Source: Octopus vulgaris (taxonomy: Eukaryota). From it: a DNA stretch of 64,000 nucleotides. The DNA lies in NCBI GenBank assembly GCA_951406725.2, contig OX597826.1, positions 53,072,001 to 53,136,000 of the forward strand, in the 5' to 3' direction. A program made the translations under genes and the position numbers. Below the pieces are notes generated by a model, which had not been told where the DNA came from, searched no databases, and worked only from the letters and a program-made list of their open reading frames with translations. Of this stretch, positions 13,348 to 27,385 are shown one piece after another (position 1 is the stretch's first letter; each line of letters starts with the position of its first letter).

Positions 13348-14018
13348 TGCCTAATTTTATTTTATGTGTACTTTTATTACGCACATTCCGTCACTTATCT
13401 CTCCTTTTTCATTCCTTACGCAAAGTATCCTTTCTCTCCCGATTCGTTAGTTTGATAGCAGCCTTAAAAAAATGCGTTCCTCTTCTCCCTCCCTCTTACT
13501 TCCCTCTTTCTTTCGCTTCTTTGGGGCTCTTCTTTGCTTTTCCTTTCCACTCCCTACGTTTATGATATACTTCCTGTCTGTATTGTCTGTTATAACTGAC
13601 TTTTATATGTATACACCAAGAGATTTCTGTGCGCATGCGTGAAGGCGTGCATATATGTATATGTGTATTTGTACATATATTTATGTCTTACATATATATG
13701 GCTGTATATGTATGTAGCTATGTGCATGCATCTGTGTATTTTGATATATATATATATATGCATATTATAGATGGTCTAGTATGGGTATATACTGTTGTAA
13801 AATATTTATATAATGCAGCGGGAAAACTTTAATTTTAATTTTAATGTATTAATTTATTTATATTTCAGTCTCTTTGGTGTCTTCTAGTGTAACCTCGGAC
13901 AGACCAAAGTCTTGTGAGATTTGGTAGACATAAACTGAAAGAAGCCCATCATCGTATATGTGTGTGTGTGTTGTTTGTGTGTGTGTGTGTGTGTGTGCAT
14001 ATATATATATATTATATG

Positions 14019-14070
<52 letters not shown>

Positions 14071-14087
14071 CATATGTATATACATAC

Positions 14088-14147
<60 letters not shown>

Positions 14148-14177
14148 ATACATATATATACATATATATATACATAC

Positions 14178-14224
<47 letters not shown>

Positions 14225-14228
<4 letters not shown>

Positions 14229-15015
14229 CGTCTGTTCTATGGTCTATGACCAGAACTCAGGAAACTTGGTTGAGTGTTCTATGGTCTATGACCAGAACTT
14301 GGGAAACTTGGTTGAGTCCTCATCTTATAAAATGTGGCCCCAGTAGACCCAAATGAAATCGGGTTATATTAACCAAAATGTGAAAAGGGGTCTAAATGGG
14401 GCTGGAAGGGGATTAAAATTTAAAGGAGCGGGTGTTTAGCAGTTCTCTGTTACATCAAGCTAAAAAATTTGCGCCAGCCTTTTAATCGTCAATGTGTTGC
14501 CGTCCATGATGAAGAAGTTTTGAATGCTTGCCATCGTGAGTCTACTGTCGTGAGAAATAATCAATTCAAAACTTGGTTTTTAGGGATTTTCTTTTACATC
14601 AAGTTCAAAATTTTACGCCAGCCGTTGAACTGTCTATACGTTGCTGTCCGTCGTTAAGAAATGCCAGCCATGGTGGCTCTACTATCCTCAAATTCTATCC
14701 CTTCAAACTTTGGTTTCCAATATTTTTTTATTCTTATTCAGCTCGCAAGTTCGTCTGTCCCTTTTAAATGTTAGTGTTTTGCTGTCTGCCTTGAGGCAGA
14801 GCTTTCCGTTGTTACTGCCTGATATTTATGGTTGATCTTTCTAAATATTTTATTTCTCAACTTACTCAAGATCTTTTGTTGTTTATAAATGGGAGAGAGA
14901 TAGATAAAGATAGAGTGTAAGAGAAAGCGAGGGAGGGTCCGAGAGAAAGGAAGAGTAAGAGAGTGGGAAAGTGAGAGAGAAAGGAGAGAGAAAGGAGAGA
15001 GAAACAAAGAGGGAG

Positions 15016-15055
<40 letters not shown>

Positions 15056-15371
15056 GTTTAACGTCCGTTTTCCGTGCTAGCACGGGTTGGACAGTTTGAC
15101 AGGCTCCAGTCTGATCTGGCAGTGTTTCGACAGGTGGATGCCCTTCTGTGAGCGTAGTGGGGGCTTTTTTCGTGCCGCCGGCACAGGTGCCAGGGGGGCT
15201 GGCAGCGGTCACGATTGGTTGGTGCTTTTTACGTGCCACCAGCACAGAAGCCAGTCAAGGCGGCGCTGCAATCCGCCACGTTCGGATGGTGCTTTTTACG
15301 TGCTGAAAGAAAGCAACAGAAAGTAACAACCACACTCTTACCCGCGCGTAGAGCGGGTCACCTTCAGCTAG
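14225..15371 (+). mobile_element. Putative non-autonomous Helitron with a nested insertion
   Basis: 3' hairpin ACCCGC-gcgtaga-GCGGGT (15340-15358) followed by CTAG|T at 15368-15372. Internal ~40-bp (14236-14318) and ~125-bp degenerate repeats. 5' boundary uncertain. Confidence 0.5.
15018..15302 (-). mobile_element. Retroposon with RTE-like 3' end and (GAT)n tail
   Basis: Minus strand ends ccgtgctagcacggaaaacggacgttaaacgatgatgatg; internal ~60-bp repeats (ggtgctttttacgtgcc). Confidence 0.5.
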
Positions 15372-15403
15372 TATATATATATATATACAGAGAGAGAGAT
15401 AGG

Positions 15404-15492
<89 letters not shown>

Positions 15493-15922
15493 GTGTGTGT
15501 GCGTGTGTGTGTATGTATGTATTTTGTCATACGCTTCAACAGATTCGAACGTGAATATACCAATCGCTAATGCATTTAGTCAACAGCTCTTGTTCAGATT
15601 CATTGGTTCGGATTTAGATTTGACTAAAGTAATATAATCACATGACATCAAGTTGTACTCTAAAGTTGAAGTCATATAACCACTCACTATAGACCCCGTC
15701 GTTTATTGCTGTTGGTCTGTGCTAAAACGAATACATTTAATGTTTATAGCAAGACAGCTTTCTCTATTTCTATGCTTAACATCTACTCGTTGTCAGCTGG
15801 ATGTTTTGTCAGTAAGAATCTTGATCGAAAATGCCGCAATACAATTACTTTTACCACTGCTGTATTATCTTCTCTGACACTACAACATCTACTACTACTG
15901 CTACTACTACTACTACTGCTAC

Positions 15923-15994
<72 letters not shown>

Positions 15995-16163
15995 TGATGA
16001 TGATAATAACAATAATAATAATAATAAATATTAACTATACCAATACTATGCTACACAACTCTTATACTAAACACATGCATACGCACATACACACATTTCT
16101 ACATATATATGTACTTATATATATATGTAATATACATATATTTACATACACATACATGCTTGT

Positions 16164-16216
<53 letters not shown>

Positions 16217-16859
16217 ATGCGTATATATATATATATATACGCATACACCACCCACACACCCCTACACATATATATGTATGTGTGTATGTATATATATATG
16301 TGTGTGTGTGTATGCGTGTGTGTGCTGATGACAGAAAACGGTGGTGGTGGTGGTGGTGGTGGTGGTGGTGGTGGTGCTATAACTTCGAGTAAAGGTGACT
16401 AATAAAGCTGGATCTGGTCATTAATTACATTACTAATTATGACGTGGTGAACGAGATAAAGAGAATGAAGAAAGGTGCCTAAATGAATTCCATATTAAAT
16501 TAGAAGGCGAAGAACCTTATGGTTACCACTTTTACTATTGGTTCCAATAACAAATCAATATTCCCCCGGTGACTCCACATTTAGATTTTATTATAATCAT
16601 GTGTGATGTTACTCTTATTTGTTTAGGTATTTGATAGATTCTTGAGTAATTATCAGGGGAAGTAGGTTATGTAGAAATGGTAATAACGTTTTTCCTTGAT
16701 AATGATTCCAAGTAAGACCATATCATCACATCAGATTCATCTTCCCACGTTTAATTACGAATGATACGTACAAATTTCTATCTTTCTCTCTTCACCCGTC
16801 ACCTTGCTCTCTCTTTCCTTTTCTCCCCCCTCTCTCTCTTTGTATCTCTGTCTATCTAG

Positions 16860-16891
<32 letters not shown>

Positions 16892-17248
16892 TTCTCTCAT
16901 ATTGTCTATATGCTACCTTCAAGTTAGGTAACAGAAGTCATAGCTAATTAGCTCATTGCTCGCTGTCAGACATAGTGTGAGTTTTCAGTCAGGCATACAT
17001 TCACACGTACGTACGTAGGTACGTATGTAGTTTGCACCGGTTGATGCATTTTGTGCTTGAGCAAAATGATTCATCTCACGTTGCTCTGCGATCACTTCGG
17101 CACCTGACGCGTGGTACACAATGCACCTGTTCAGATAATATCGATTTGATGGAGAGAGTGAGCTAATATGCGGCACGAACATTTCATCATTATCAACAAA
17201 TCATTTGTGCAGCTCGTTCGGCAAAAGCTGAAAGCTCATACGTTGAGC

Positions 17249-17290
<42 letters not shown>

Positions 17291-17511
17291 TATTCATTTA
17301 CTTGTTTCTGTCAGCTGACTGCAGCCATGCTGCAGCAATACCTTAAAGGGTTTTAGTCGAACAAATCCACCCTAGGACTTATTCTTTGTAAGTCTAGTAC
17401 TTATTCTATCACCCCTTTTGAGGAACCGCTAAGTTACTGGCACCTAAACACACCAGCATCGTTTGTCAAGCAATGGTGGGAGAACAAACACAGACACATA
17501 CACACACAAAC

Positions 17512-17597
<86 letters not shown>

Positions 17598-17676
17598 GAT
17601 TCAGTTGAATTAGGAATTTAAATTGACGCACCTTGCCAGTTCGGTATAGTACATACAGCTCTAAATTGGACGAACA

Positions 17677-17746
<70 letters not shown>

Positions 17747-17784
17747 TTTCGAAGTAAGAATAAGCAGAAGTCACATTCCATGAG

Positions 17785-18610
17785 AGTAAGAGGCATTCAA
17801 AAAATATCCGTCTTTATCTTTTCCCGTCAAAACTAATGCCGCGTGGACAAAATTCACCCTTCCTGCACATGTAAATTTTTGCACCGGTAGACCGAATCAT
17901 TTCTCAGCTATTACACCTAGAGGACTGGCGTGTAGTGCGCGCTCGTCAGATTTTCGATTTCACGCAAGATGACCGAATGCATGGAGCAGAGGGCATAAAC
18001 CCATCATCCAGTGACGATGGTCTTCATGTCTGGGTCGTAGTTTGCACATTCCAGCATGTCCTAGACAATTTCCATCCGAAGTTGCTCCCGCCGCTCCGCC
18101 TGCACCTCAGGGGCGAATTTCACTGACATTCTCCGCATACGCATGTTCCTTCGTTAAAACGGAATGCACTGATCTTCTGCTTATTCTCACTTCGAAAGCT
18201 ATTTCGTTGATTGTTACATGACGGTCTTTCATGACTATTCGCCGAACCTTTTCAGCAGGCCCCTCGTTTTCGCTTGTGTATGGCCTGCCTGAGCGTGCAT
18301 CAAACTCCACTGAAATGCAGCCATGTTTGAAGCGGCTGTCCGACTCCTTGATCTGAGTATGGCCCATGGCATCATTGACAAAGGCCTGCTGAATCGTCTG
18401 GTTGGTCTGAGTTTGAGAATCCCCAAGCATTTGACAAAATTTGATGCAATATCTCTGATCGATGCGTTCGGTGAAAACGAAAATCCGATGAGCTTACACT
18501 ATATGTCTGTACTCGAGGTGTAACAGCCTGGAACTGAAACGGACCACCGGCGCGAAAATTTTCACGTATGCGCAAGAACGTTGGCGTCTATGAACTTTTC
18601 ACTGACTCGT
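17785..18610 (-). mobile_element. Internally deleted, decayed mariner element
   Basis: IKFCQMLGDSQTQT...IQQAF.NDAMGHTQIKE..SRFKHG.ISVE.DARSGRP...VRRIVMKDRHVTINEIA.EV.IS..SVHSVL. Confidence 0.8.
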
Positions 18611-19006
18611 CCTTCGTTTATGTGTGTGTGTGTGTGTGCGTAAATTATTGACAACACAATATTTACTTATTCATCTGTATTAGCTTGCATCAGTTCTGGC
18701 TACAGAAACTTGTGTATGGGTGTGTGAGCATAGAGCGACAGGTTAACAACGAAATAACAATAACCACCCCCAATCCTACAAGTACCTGCGGTATCTGCAG
18801 AGTTTACGTCACCTCTACGACAATTCCTCCGTCGCAATAACTCTATTTCTGTATTGTCCACTTAATCCTGCACCCCACTCCACTGATGCTGCAATCATAT
18901 CCTTTATCACCAGCTCTATAGCCACATAAACAACCCGTATCACTCTAAAATAACATCATCGGTAGCAGTACAAGCACCAGCACCAATACCAGCAACAACA
19001 ACAACA

Positions 19007-19200
19007 GTGGAGACACAATGGCCCAGTGGTTAGGGCAGCGGACTCGCGGTCGTAAGAACGCGGTTTCGATTCCCAGACCGGGCATTGTGAGTGTTTATTG
19101 AACAAAAACACCTAAGCTCTTCGAGGCTCCGGCACGGGGCGGGGATGAACCCCGCTGCATTCTTTCACCACAACTTTTTCTCACTCTTTCTTCCTACTTC
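19007..19200 (+). mobile_element. 3'-truncated tRNA-derived SINE family B
   Basis: gtggagacacaatggcccagtggttagggcagcggactcgcgg...ggtttcgattcccagaccggg, matching the 21045 copy. Confidence 0.85.
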
Positions 19201-19485
19201 TACCACAAAGCTGTAATCCAAATGATGTAATCCACTATGGCGTGGTAAACTTTCAGACCCTAGTCTAGATTGCGAATCCTCTGCACCCCAAGATGGTTCA
19301 GCTCTCCACTCGTTAAAAGTCACCATTTATGGAATGAGGATAACAACGTAGCTTTCACGCCCGTGCAACCGCCAGCCTATCGCGTGTGGTGGGTGGACCT
19401 TCAAATTGCTACACGCATTCTTAGTAGCTTAGAGTAGGCTCGAATTAGGGATTATTCTTTGTGGCTAATGGCGTGAGTCCTGATT

Positions 19486-19727
19486 GGAAGAAGAAGAAGA
19501 AGAAGAAGAAGAAGAAGAAGAAGAAGAAGAAGAAGAAGAAGGAGGAGGAGGAGGAGGAGGAGGAGAAGAAGAAGAAGAAGAAGAAGAAGAAGAAGAAAAA
19601 GAAGAAGGAGGAGGAGGAGGAGGAGGAGAAGAAGAAGAAGAAGAAGAAGGAGGAGGAGGAGGAGGAGGAGAAGAAGAAGAAGAAGAAGAAGAAGAAGAAG
19701 AAGAAGAAGAAGAAGAAGAAGAAGAAG
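19486..19727. repeat. Pure homopurine (AAG)n/(GAG)n compound microsatellite, about 240 bp
   Basis: Direct reading; alternating AAG and GAG blocks. Confidence 0.95.
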
Positions 19728-20129
19728 ACGACAACAATAACAGCAGCACTGCTTCAGTTATTAGTGTGTTTTTTTTACTAACACCTATACCCCGAGAACA
19801 ATATCTGCCAATTCACAATACCATCGCCACAACCAGCGCCGTCATCTTGTCCAGTCGCTTGTATGTCTTCCGCTGCCACTATCTCGAAAACAACAATAAT
19901 TATTACAACAAAGCAACAACTGTCTACCCTTCCTAATGTCATCGCTACTAGTGCCACCATCTTCTCCGCTCTTGTCTCCTTTAATATCAATAAAATCAAC
20001 ATCACCAACTTCTTTTCTACTCTAAAATTATAACATCTGTATGATCGCTTTAACATCGGCTGACTACAGCTGAACTTTAAATAGAAAATAAGAGCTACAA
20101 AGTACTGGTAACCTTTTCTATAATATCAT

Positions 20130-20520
20130 TATTCTTTTATTCTTTTACTTGTTTCAGTCATTTGACTGCGGCCATGCTGGAGTATCGCCTTTAATCGAGC
20201 AAATCGACCCCAGGACTTATTGTATGGAAGCCTAATACTTATTCTATCGGTCTCTTTTGCCGAACCGCTAAATTACGGGGACGTAAACACAACAGCATCG
20301 GTTGTCAATTATGTTGGGGGCGGGGAACAAACACAGATACACAAACATATACAAACACATACATATATATACATATATACGACGGGCTTCTTTCAGTTTC
20401 CGTCTATCAAATCCACTCACAAGGCTTTGGTCGGCCCGAGGCTATAGTAGAAGACACTTGCCCAAGGTGCCACGCAGTGGGAATGAACGCGGAACCATGT
20501 GGTTGGTAAGCAAGCTACTT
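20130..20520 (-). mobile_element. SINE family D, near full length
   Basis: Reverse complement of the 56849-57247 copy; central TA/CA tract. Confidence 0.85.
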
Positions 20521-21044
20521 TATTTCATCAAGTTTGCCATGACGGCATTACAAAGAGTAGCTTGCGGGCTGGACAGAAACATTAATGGGATGAATCATGA
20601 AAAAAAAATTGAAAAAAATGATATTAATGGGAGAAGACAAAAAACGCCCGTCGATTTTTTGCTTCTCTAATACATTATTCTTTTTAAAAAAATGAGGAAT
20701 TAAACCTCTTAATTTAGTTTATTACAAATTTTCTTTTAGTCTTTCAAAAGAACCTCTTACCCAGATTGAGACGCCAAGTCTCTACAGGCAATTCCTCAGC
20801 CGCAAGTCGGGGCACCAAAAGATATTATTGTAATCTTCCTTCGAAGAATATGGTCAATCTTTTGAAGTACGTAACTTACCATCGACATTACCGAGGCAAA
20901 CGAAAGCGTTGCCACAGGAAACCGAATTGCTATCGTAGATTTGATGTCATGAAAATGACAACATGTATTACGGTGGTCATTAATTTTCAGTTTCTAGAAC
21001 TTTTTTTAATGAAGTGTATTTATCAATGTGTAATTGTCGCCATT

Positions 21045-21438
21045 GTGGAGGCGCAATGGCCCAGTGGTTAGGGCAGCGGACTCGCGGTCGTAGGATCGCG
21101 GTTTCGATTCCCAGACCGGGCGTTGTGAGTGTTTATTGAGCGAAAACACCTAAAGCTCCACGAGGCTCCGGCAGGGGATGGTTGGTGGTGATCCCTGCTG
21201 TACGCTTTCACCACAACTTTCTCTCACTCTCACTCTTACTTCCTGTTTCTGTTGTACCTGTATTTCAAAGGGCCGGCCTTGTCACTCTCTGTGTCACGCT
21301 GAATATCCCCGAGAACTACGTTAAGGGTACACGTGTCTGTGGAGTTCTCAGCCACTTACACGTTAATTTCACGAGCAGGCTGTTCCGTTGATTCGGATCA
21401 ACCGGAACCCTCTTCGTCGGAACCGACGGAGTGCTTCC
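21045..21438 (+). mobile_element. Full-length tRNA-derived SINE family B with 13-bp TSD
   Basis: A box TGGCCCAGTGG, B box GGTTTCGATTCC; TSD aattgtcgccatt at 21032-21044 and 21439-21451; near-identical inverted copy at 60001-60386. Confidence 0.92.
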
Positions 21439-21984
21439 AATTGTCGCCATTCATTTGTAACCAACAGATCTGATCCTAAGGTACACGGAGACAATGTAGA
21501 GTATGGTACCTCGTTCAGAACCTCAACAGGTAATTACAGCAGGTTAGAGACATGATAAGCAATCAAACGGCGCAGAAGCTATGTCAATCAATAAATTTCA
21601 TATCACACATTGACATTCACTGAGTATTAATACCTTGCTAATGGTAAATTATACGTAGAATATTAAAGAACTGGAAGCCGCCATCCAATATACACACATA
21701 CACGCGCACACAAGCAAACACACATACAAACACCATACACTAACACACACACCCAAATACAAACACACACATACACATACGTACGCATGCACACGCACGC
21801 ACAAAATCTGCGAATAAACTAATAAAATAAAGAAAAATTTCTTTATCCCGAGCTGTTGACATGACAACGTTCAGAAATTCCAAGGATAAATATAATTCGG
21901 GGCTCTCTTACACCGCTCAATTTTATTTCCTTATCACAGCATCTCTGACAGTTCCAACAGGCTATATATCCAGCTTTGCTATAT

Positions 21985-22180
21985 ACACGCCGTGCGAAAT
22001 GTTTGGTGGTATTTCGTTTGTCTTTATGTTCTGAGTTCAAATTCTGCCGAGGTCGACTTTGCCTTTCATCCTTTCGTGGCCAATAAATTAAGTACCAGTT
22101 GCGTACAGGTGGTCGATCTATTCGACTGCACCCACTCAAAAAAAAAAAAAAATTCGGGCCTTGTACCTAGAGTAGAAAAG
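21985..22180 (+). mobile_element. SINE family A
   Basis: gaggtcgactttgcctttcatcctttcg core. Confidence 0.8.
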
Positions 22181-22434
22181 TATATTTGCATTCGATATAT
22201 GGACACATCAAACTTAGGAAATGTACGAATGGTATTGAGTGTATTTTTGTATCACACTTCATTAAACACAAAGCTTCCTTAACCATATTGGATGAAAATT
22301 TCATCTTTACAACAAAGATACTGTTTCAAAAGAAATCTATTTGTGCTCCGCTAAGCCGAGTATGCTTTCATTAAGAACAATTTTGAGCTATTTATAACTA
22401 CTCTTCAGTCTGGACAGCGCAAAACAATTTGGTA

Positions 22435-22465
<31 letters not shown>

Positions 22466-22475
22466 TGTGTGTGTG

Positions 22476-22520
<45 letters not shown>

Positions 22521-22556
22521 GTATATACATGTGTGTACGTGCGCGCGCATGTGTGT

Positions 22557-22968
22557 ATTGGCGCAGGCTGTGTTGTAAGAAGTTTGCTTCCCAACCATAT
22601 GGTTCCGGGTTCAATCCCACTGCGTGAGAAATAGGGTGTCCTTCTATTGTGGCCTTGGCTGACCAAGGCCTTGTGAGTGGATTTGGTAGACACAAACTAT
22701 AAGAAGTCCGTTATGTGTGCGTGTGTGTGTTTGTGTGTGTGTGTCCCCGTTTGTCTGTCTGTCTTTGTGTCTGTGTTTGTCCCCTCCCAAACCGATGCTG
22801 GTGCGTTTAAGTTCCCGTAACTTAGCGGTTCGTCAAAAGTGACCGATAGAATTAGTACCAGTACCTAAAGAGAGATGAGTACTGGGGTCGATTCATTGGA
22901 CTAGAATTCTTCAAGGCAGTGCTCCAGCATGGCCGCCGTCTAATGATTGAAGCAAGTAAAAGATAAAA
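22557..22968 (+). mobile_element. SINE family D
   Basis: tRNA-like head ggctgtgttgtaagaagtttgcttcccaaccatatggttccgggttcaatccc, central (TG)n, tail gctccagcatggccgc...aagtaaaaga. Confidence 0.85.
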
Positions 22969-23457
22969 ATGTGCACGTGTGTATGTGTGTCTGTGTTCGC
23001 GCGTGTGTACATGTGTGAGTGTGTGTTTGTGTGTGTATAAGTGGGAAAGAATTTTAACGCAAATTACACATGAAACAGGATCTTTCAACTTACCATAAAC
23101 TCGTAATTGTTCGTAAAATATTACTTTAAATTGTAATTTCTATATAAGAATAGCTGATATAAATACAAATATGAAATCGCTCAAATTTAATTTTCATCTT
23201 AAGATAACAAATATTTTTCTTTTGAAAATTTGCGTTCATTTCCTCAGTTTGTAAAAACATCAAGATATTTGATAAAAGTCACATTATAACACAGATCTAC
23301 GACCAAAACTTTGTTTCACATTTATTGGCTGAAATTGATTAATTTTTACCGGCTTATTTCAAAATTTACAAAAAAGTTATCTTATCGCGTACATTTTCTT
23401 CACAAAATCGATCGATGCAGTTTACCATCATGTCTGAATCTGAATATTGTTCTATTA

Positions 23458-23508
<51 letters not shown>

Positions 23509-23537
23509 GAACTACTACTACTACTACTACTAATTTA

Positions 23538-23756
23538 CTCTCTCTTTTACTTGTTTCAGTCATTTGACTGCGGCCATGCTGGAGCACTGCCTTTAATCGA
23601 GCAACTCGACCCCGGGACTTATTCTTTTGTAAGCCCAGTACTTATTCTATCGGTCTCTTTTGCCGAACCGCTAAGTAACGGGGACATAATCACACCAGCA
23701 TCGGTTGTCAAGCAATGCTAGGGGGACAAACACAGACACACAAACACACACACACG

Positions 23757-23802
<46 letters not shown>

Positions 23803-23962
23803 TACGACAGGCTTCTTTCAGTTTCCGTCTACCAAATCCACTCACAAGGCTTTGGTCGGCCCGAGGCTACAGTAGAAGACACTTGCCCAAGGTGCCATGC
23901 AGTGGGACCGAACCCGGAACCATGTGGTTGGTAAACAAGCTACTTACCACACAGCCACTCCT
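23538..23962 (-). mobile_element. SINE family D, full length
   Basis: Near-identical reverse complement of 56849-57247 with a central (CA)n(TA)n tract. Confidence 0.9.
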
Positions 23963-24249
23963 GCCGTGTTTTAAATACGCTGCAATAGTAAAACTAATAG
24001 GGGAATTTTGAAAAGTAAGCACACCTGGCAAAGTTTAGGTTCGTTTCAGCTACTCGGAGAAGCGCCTGCATCACTTCAGTCATCCGCAAGTAGTGAGGAA
24101 AGACGCACTTTACGAGATCACGTTCCTTCGGTTTAAACATATATATTTTTTTTAATTCAATGCCTTTTGTAAATTAATATATGCTACATACATTGTTTAA
24201 ATGTATCATATGTTACATTTCAATGCTTCTTTAATGACGTTTTATATAC

Positions 24250-24860
24250 ATTTAGATGGTAAATCAAATATATATTGTTAAAAATGTCCATTTCCTCTTT
24301 TTTTTTTACCGACCGCCACACCATTTAAAGCAAAGATGTGTAGCAATCTTTTGCTACATTTGTGGCGGGTTTATGACCAAGAAACGCCAGAAAAAACATC
24401 ACTGGATTTATCAAAAATCGCACTGTGCCTGCTTTGGTGTGAAATTAGGAAACTAAGATAAGAAGCGAGCTCCTCATAAGGTTTGTTCAATTTGTGTTGA
24501 AGAACTAAAATAATGGGCAAAATATACAAGGAATTCTTTTCGTTTTGGGGTTACAATGACATGAAGGGAGCCTAAAAATCACTGTGATAACAAAAATCGT
24601 ACTGTGAGAACTACTTTGCTTATGTAAGAAGTGTTGGAAACACATTGTTTATCACAATTACCCATCTACATTACAACCTGTTCCCCGTGGACCAGTCGTC
24701 ACAGACTCATCACCTGCAGGAAACCATGAAGATATACACTTGAGTTCTGAGTCAGAAGGTAGAAATATTGATAACGACGAAGACATCAACAGCAGTGAGG
24801 GTAAAAATACTCAACTATTCAACCAGTGTGAATTAAATCGAATATCTCCTTTCTTGTAAA
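24250..24860 (+). mobile_element. Decayed Cys-rich N-terminus of an invertebrate DNA-transposon protein (superfamily not assigned)
   Basis: FCYICGGF, FGVKLGN*DKKRAPHKVCSICVEELK*W, FRFGVTMT*REPKNHCD; resembles the CYICG...GDQDK.WAPH...WREP.NH..DCYFC family. Confidence 0.6.
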
Positions 24861-24910
24861 CTAGGCAGTGCCACTTGGGAGATTGATGTGATATCAACTT
24901 TAATATCTGC

Positions 24911-24947
<37 letters not shown>

Positions 24948-25041
24948 ACGCGGTTGCTGGTGAACTGGCTACCTCATGTTTCTGCTTTACCTGTGAGTGT
25001 GTGTGCATGTACACGTGTATGTGTGTGTGTGTGTGTGTGTG

Positions 25042-25888
25042 TATCGGATGTTCGGGCTAAAGCTGACGTTATTTTATCTTCGTTGTTTTTTCAGGAACAG
25101 CCTGGTGCATTGGTGAACAGTCAACACTGTTGGAGAGCATAAACGTTTAAGTTACAGCTGAGAAAAACTGTTAGTTGATATGGAGGACTGGACACCATCT
25201 GAATACTAGAGAAAGTTACCGGCATCATAATGATTTGCAGCGAATATCAAAATGCCGACATTATGACTGTCCCTCAGTATTCTGAGGACACTGTAAAGAG
25301 TATAAGACATGACATGGACAGCTAAAACTGAGACAACGAAGCTAAATCCAGCAAGATGGAACACAGCTCGTCTCCACGTTATTGAACAGGGCTTTTGGCT
25401 CAGTTCAGTCGAAGCTGCTGCAGGCTATCACTAAATGCTGACTGGAATGGGTTGCTGTTACTGGAATGCCATATGGGTGGCAGTAGAATTCGGCTCTTTC
25501 CCCTGCAAAGAGTCAGAAGTGGTTGTCAGAGAATTTTTACGACTTCGCCAGCCCCAGTTTCTGGTCTCTTAATTTCCCCAATTTTACTCCCACAGATTAC
25601 TGTGTGTTGGGCACGGTTGAGAAAGATACTAATCACTCTGCCTGCTGGTCCCCAAAATCAAGGTGTTCGAAGATCTTCCCAAGAACAAAGTGAGGAAAGT
25701 ATGCACCAGGTTCCGGAGCCATATTCGGGCCTGTGGTGGAAGCTGAGAGTGGCTACTTTGAGCAATCTCCCATCCATAATCTAGTTGATACTTTCTGATT
25801 TTTTAAAAATGGTTATAAGTTTTCGATGGGATATTGTTTTCCTTTCCTTTTATGCAAACTGTCAATTGTCGCTCGAACACTCCATATC
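25042..25888 (+). mobile_element. Decayed maT/DD37D-like Tc1-mariner element
   Basis: KSQKWLSENFYDFASPSFW, DYCVLGTVEKDTN, VVEAESGYFE; degenerate TIRs tatcggatgttcgggctaaag / gtcgctcgaacactccata. Confidence 0.65.
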
Positions 25889-25902
25889 CATGTGTGTGTG
25901 TA

Positions 25903-25952
<50 letters not shown>

Positions 25953-25996
25953 ATTGTATGTGTGTGTATGTATTATATGTATATGCATATGTATGT

Positions 25997-26027
<31 letters not shown>

Positions 26028-26083
26028 TTGTATGTGTGTGTATGTATGCACGCATGTATTATATGTATATGCATATGTATGTA

Positions 26084-26136
<53 letters not shown>

Positions 26137-26413
26137 TCAATGACTTCAGAATGTAAATTTTTGTGTTTTGAATATTAGTTCTATTATTCATGCTATGCGC
26201 TGGTGATGAAGAGTAGGATATCTATAGACTGGAATAGAATTTGTAAGCATATACAGTTAATTTTACAATTATATATTAATAATTCTTAATTGAAGCTGAA
26301 TAATTTGTGAGAGAAAAAACAAAGAACTTGGAAATGAAGTACATCTGTAGGAGAGCACCTCATCGTTATAACATAGAAGTATTGTATTTCGACATTTAGA
26401 ATAGTTTAACGGT

Positions 26414-26722
26414 GCCATCATCACCATTTGCAAACACAAGAAAATCTATTAGCTCCATCATCATCATCACCTTCATTATCATCACCACTTTCATCATCAT
26501 CCTCATCATCATCAACACTACCATCATCATTGTCGTCATTATCATTATGATTATCATCATCCTCATCACCACCACCACCACTAGCATCACCATCATCATC
26601 ATCATCATCATCATCATCACCAACATCATCATCAACATTACCATTACTATCATCTTCATTATAATCACCATCATCATCACCACCGTCGTTGTCACCAGCG
26701 TTATCTTTATCATCTTCCACAT
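26414..26722. repeat. Degenerate (CAT/CAC)n trinucleotide tract, about 310 bp
   Basis: Direct reading. Confidence 0.95.
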
Positions 26723-27101
26723 CTCTTGTTAAACTTGCACAAAATTGAAACATGTACCAAATTCTAAACAATAATTTATTTTAATTGCATTTCACTAAAT
26801 AGATTAGATATCATAATATTAAATCAACTTTATTTTCAAAATCCGAGAACATTACCAGAGGTATCAACAGACTCCAGCAAATAAAGACAGTTTATATGCA
26901 AGTTAATATGCTATATTGTTTTCTTACAAGTGATAAATAATGTTCTGTGCCGGAAGAGTTAATATTTTTGTTGGAGGCATTTAATTTACATATTTCGGAT
27001 GAAATAATAAAAGAACAAAATTTTGCGAGGTTTTATAAAAGTAATTATCTCTGGAAGAGATGATTTTCAAAAACATTGGCCACTACTGTACCTTTAAGTT
27101 A

Positions 27102-27385
<284 letters not shown>

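Noticed and set aside
13858-16402. YI, CV, HT, MYVC and poly-amino-acid ORFs here and throughout the window
   Set aside because: Stop-free microsatellite translations, not genes.
21045-21120. tRNA gene
   Set aside because: It is the tRNA-derived head of a SINE, with body, TSD and multiple copies; no proper acceptor stem.
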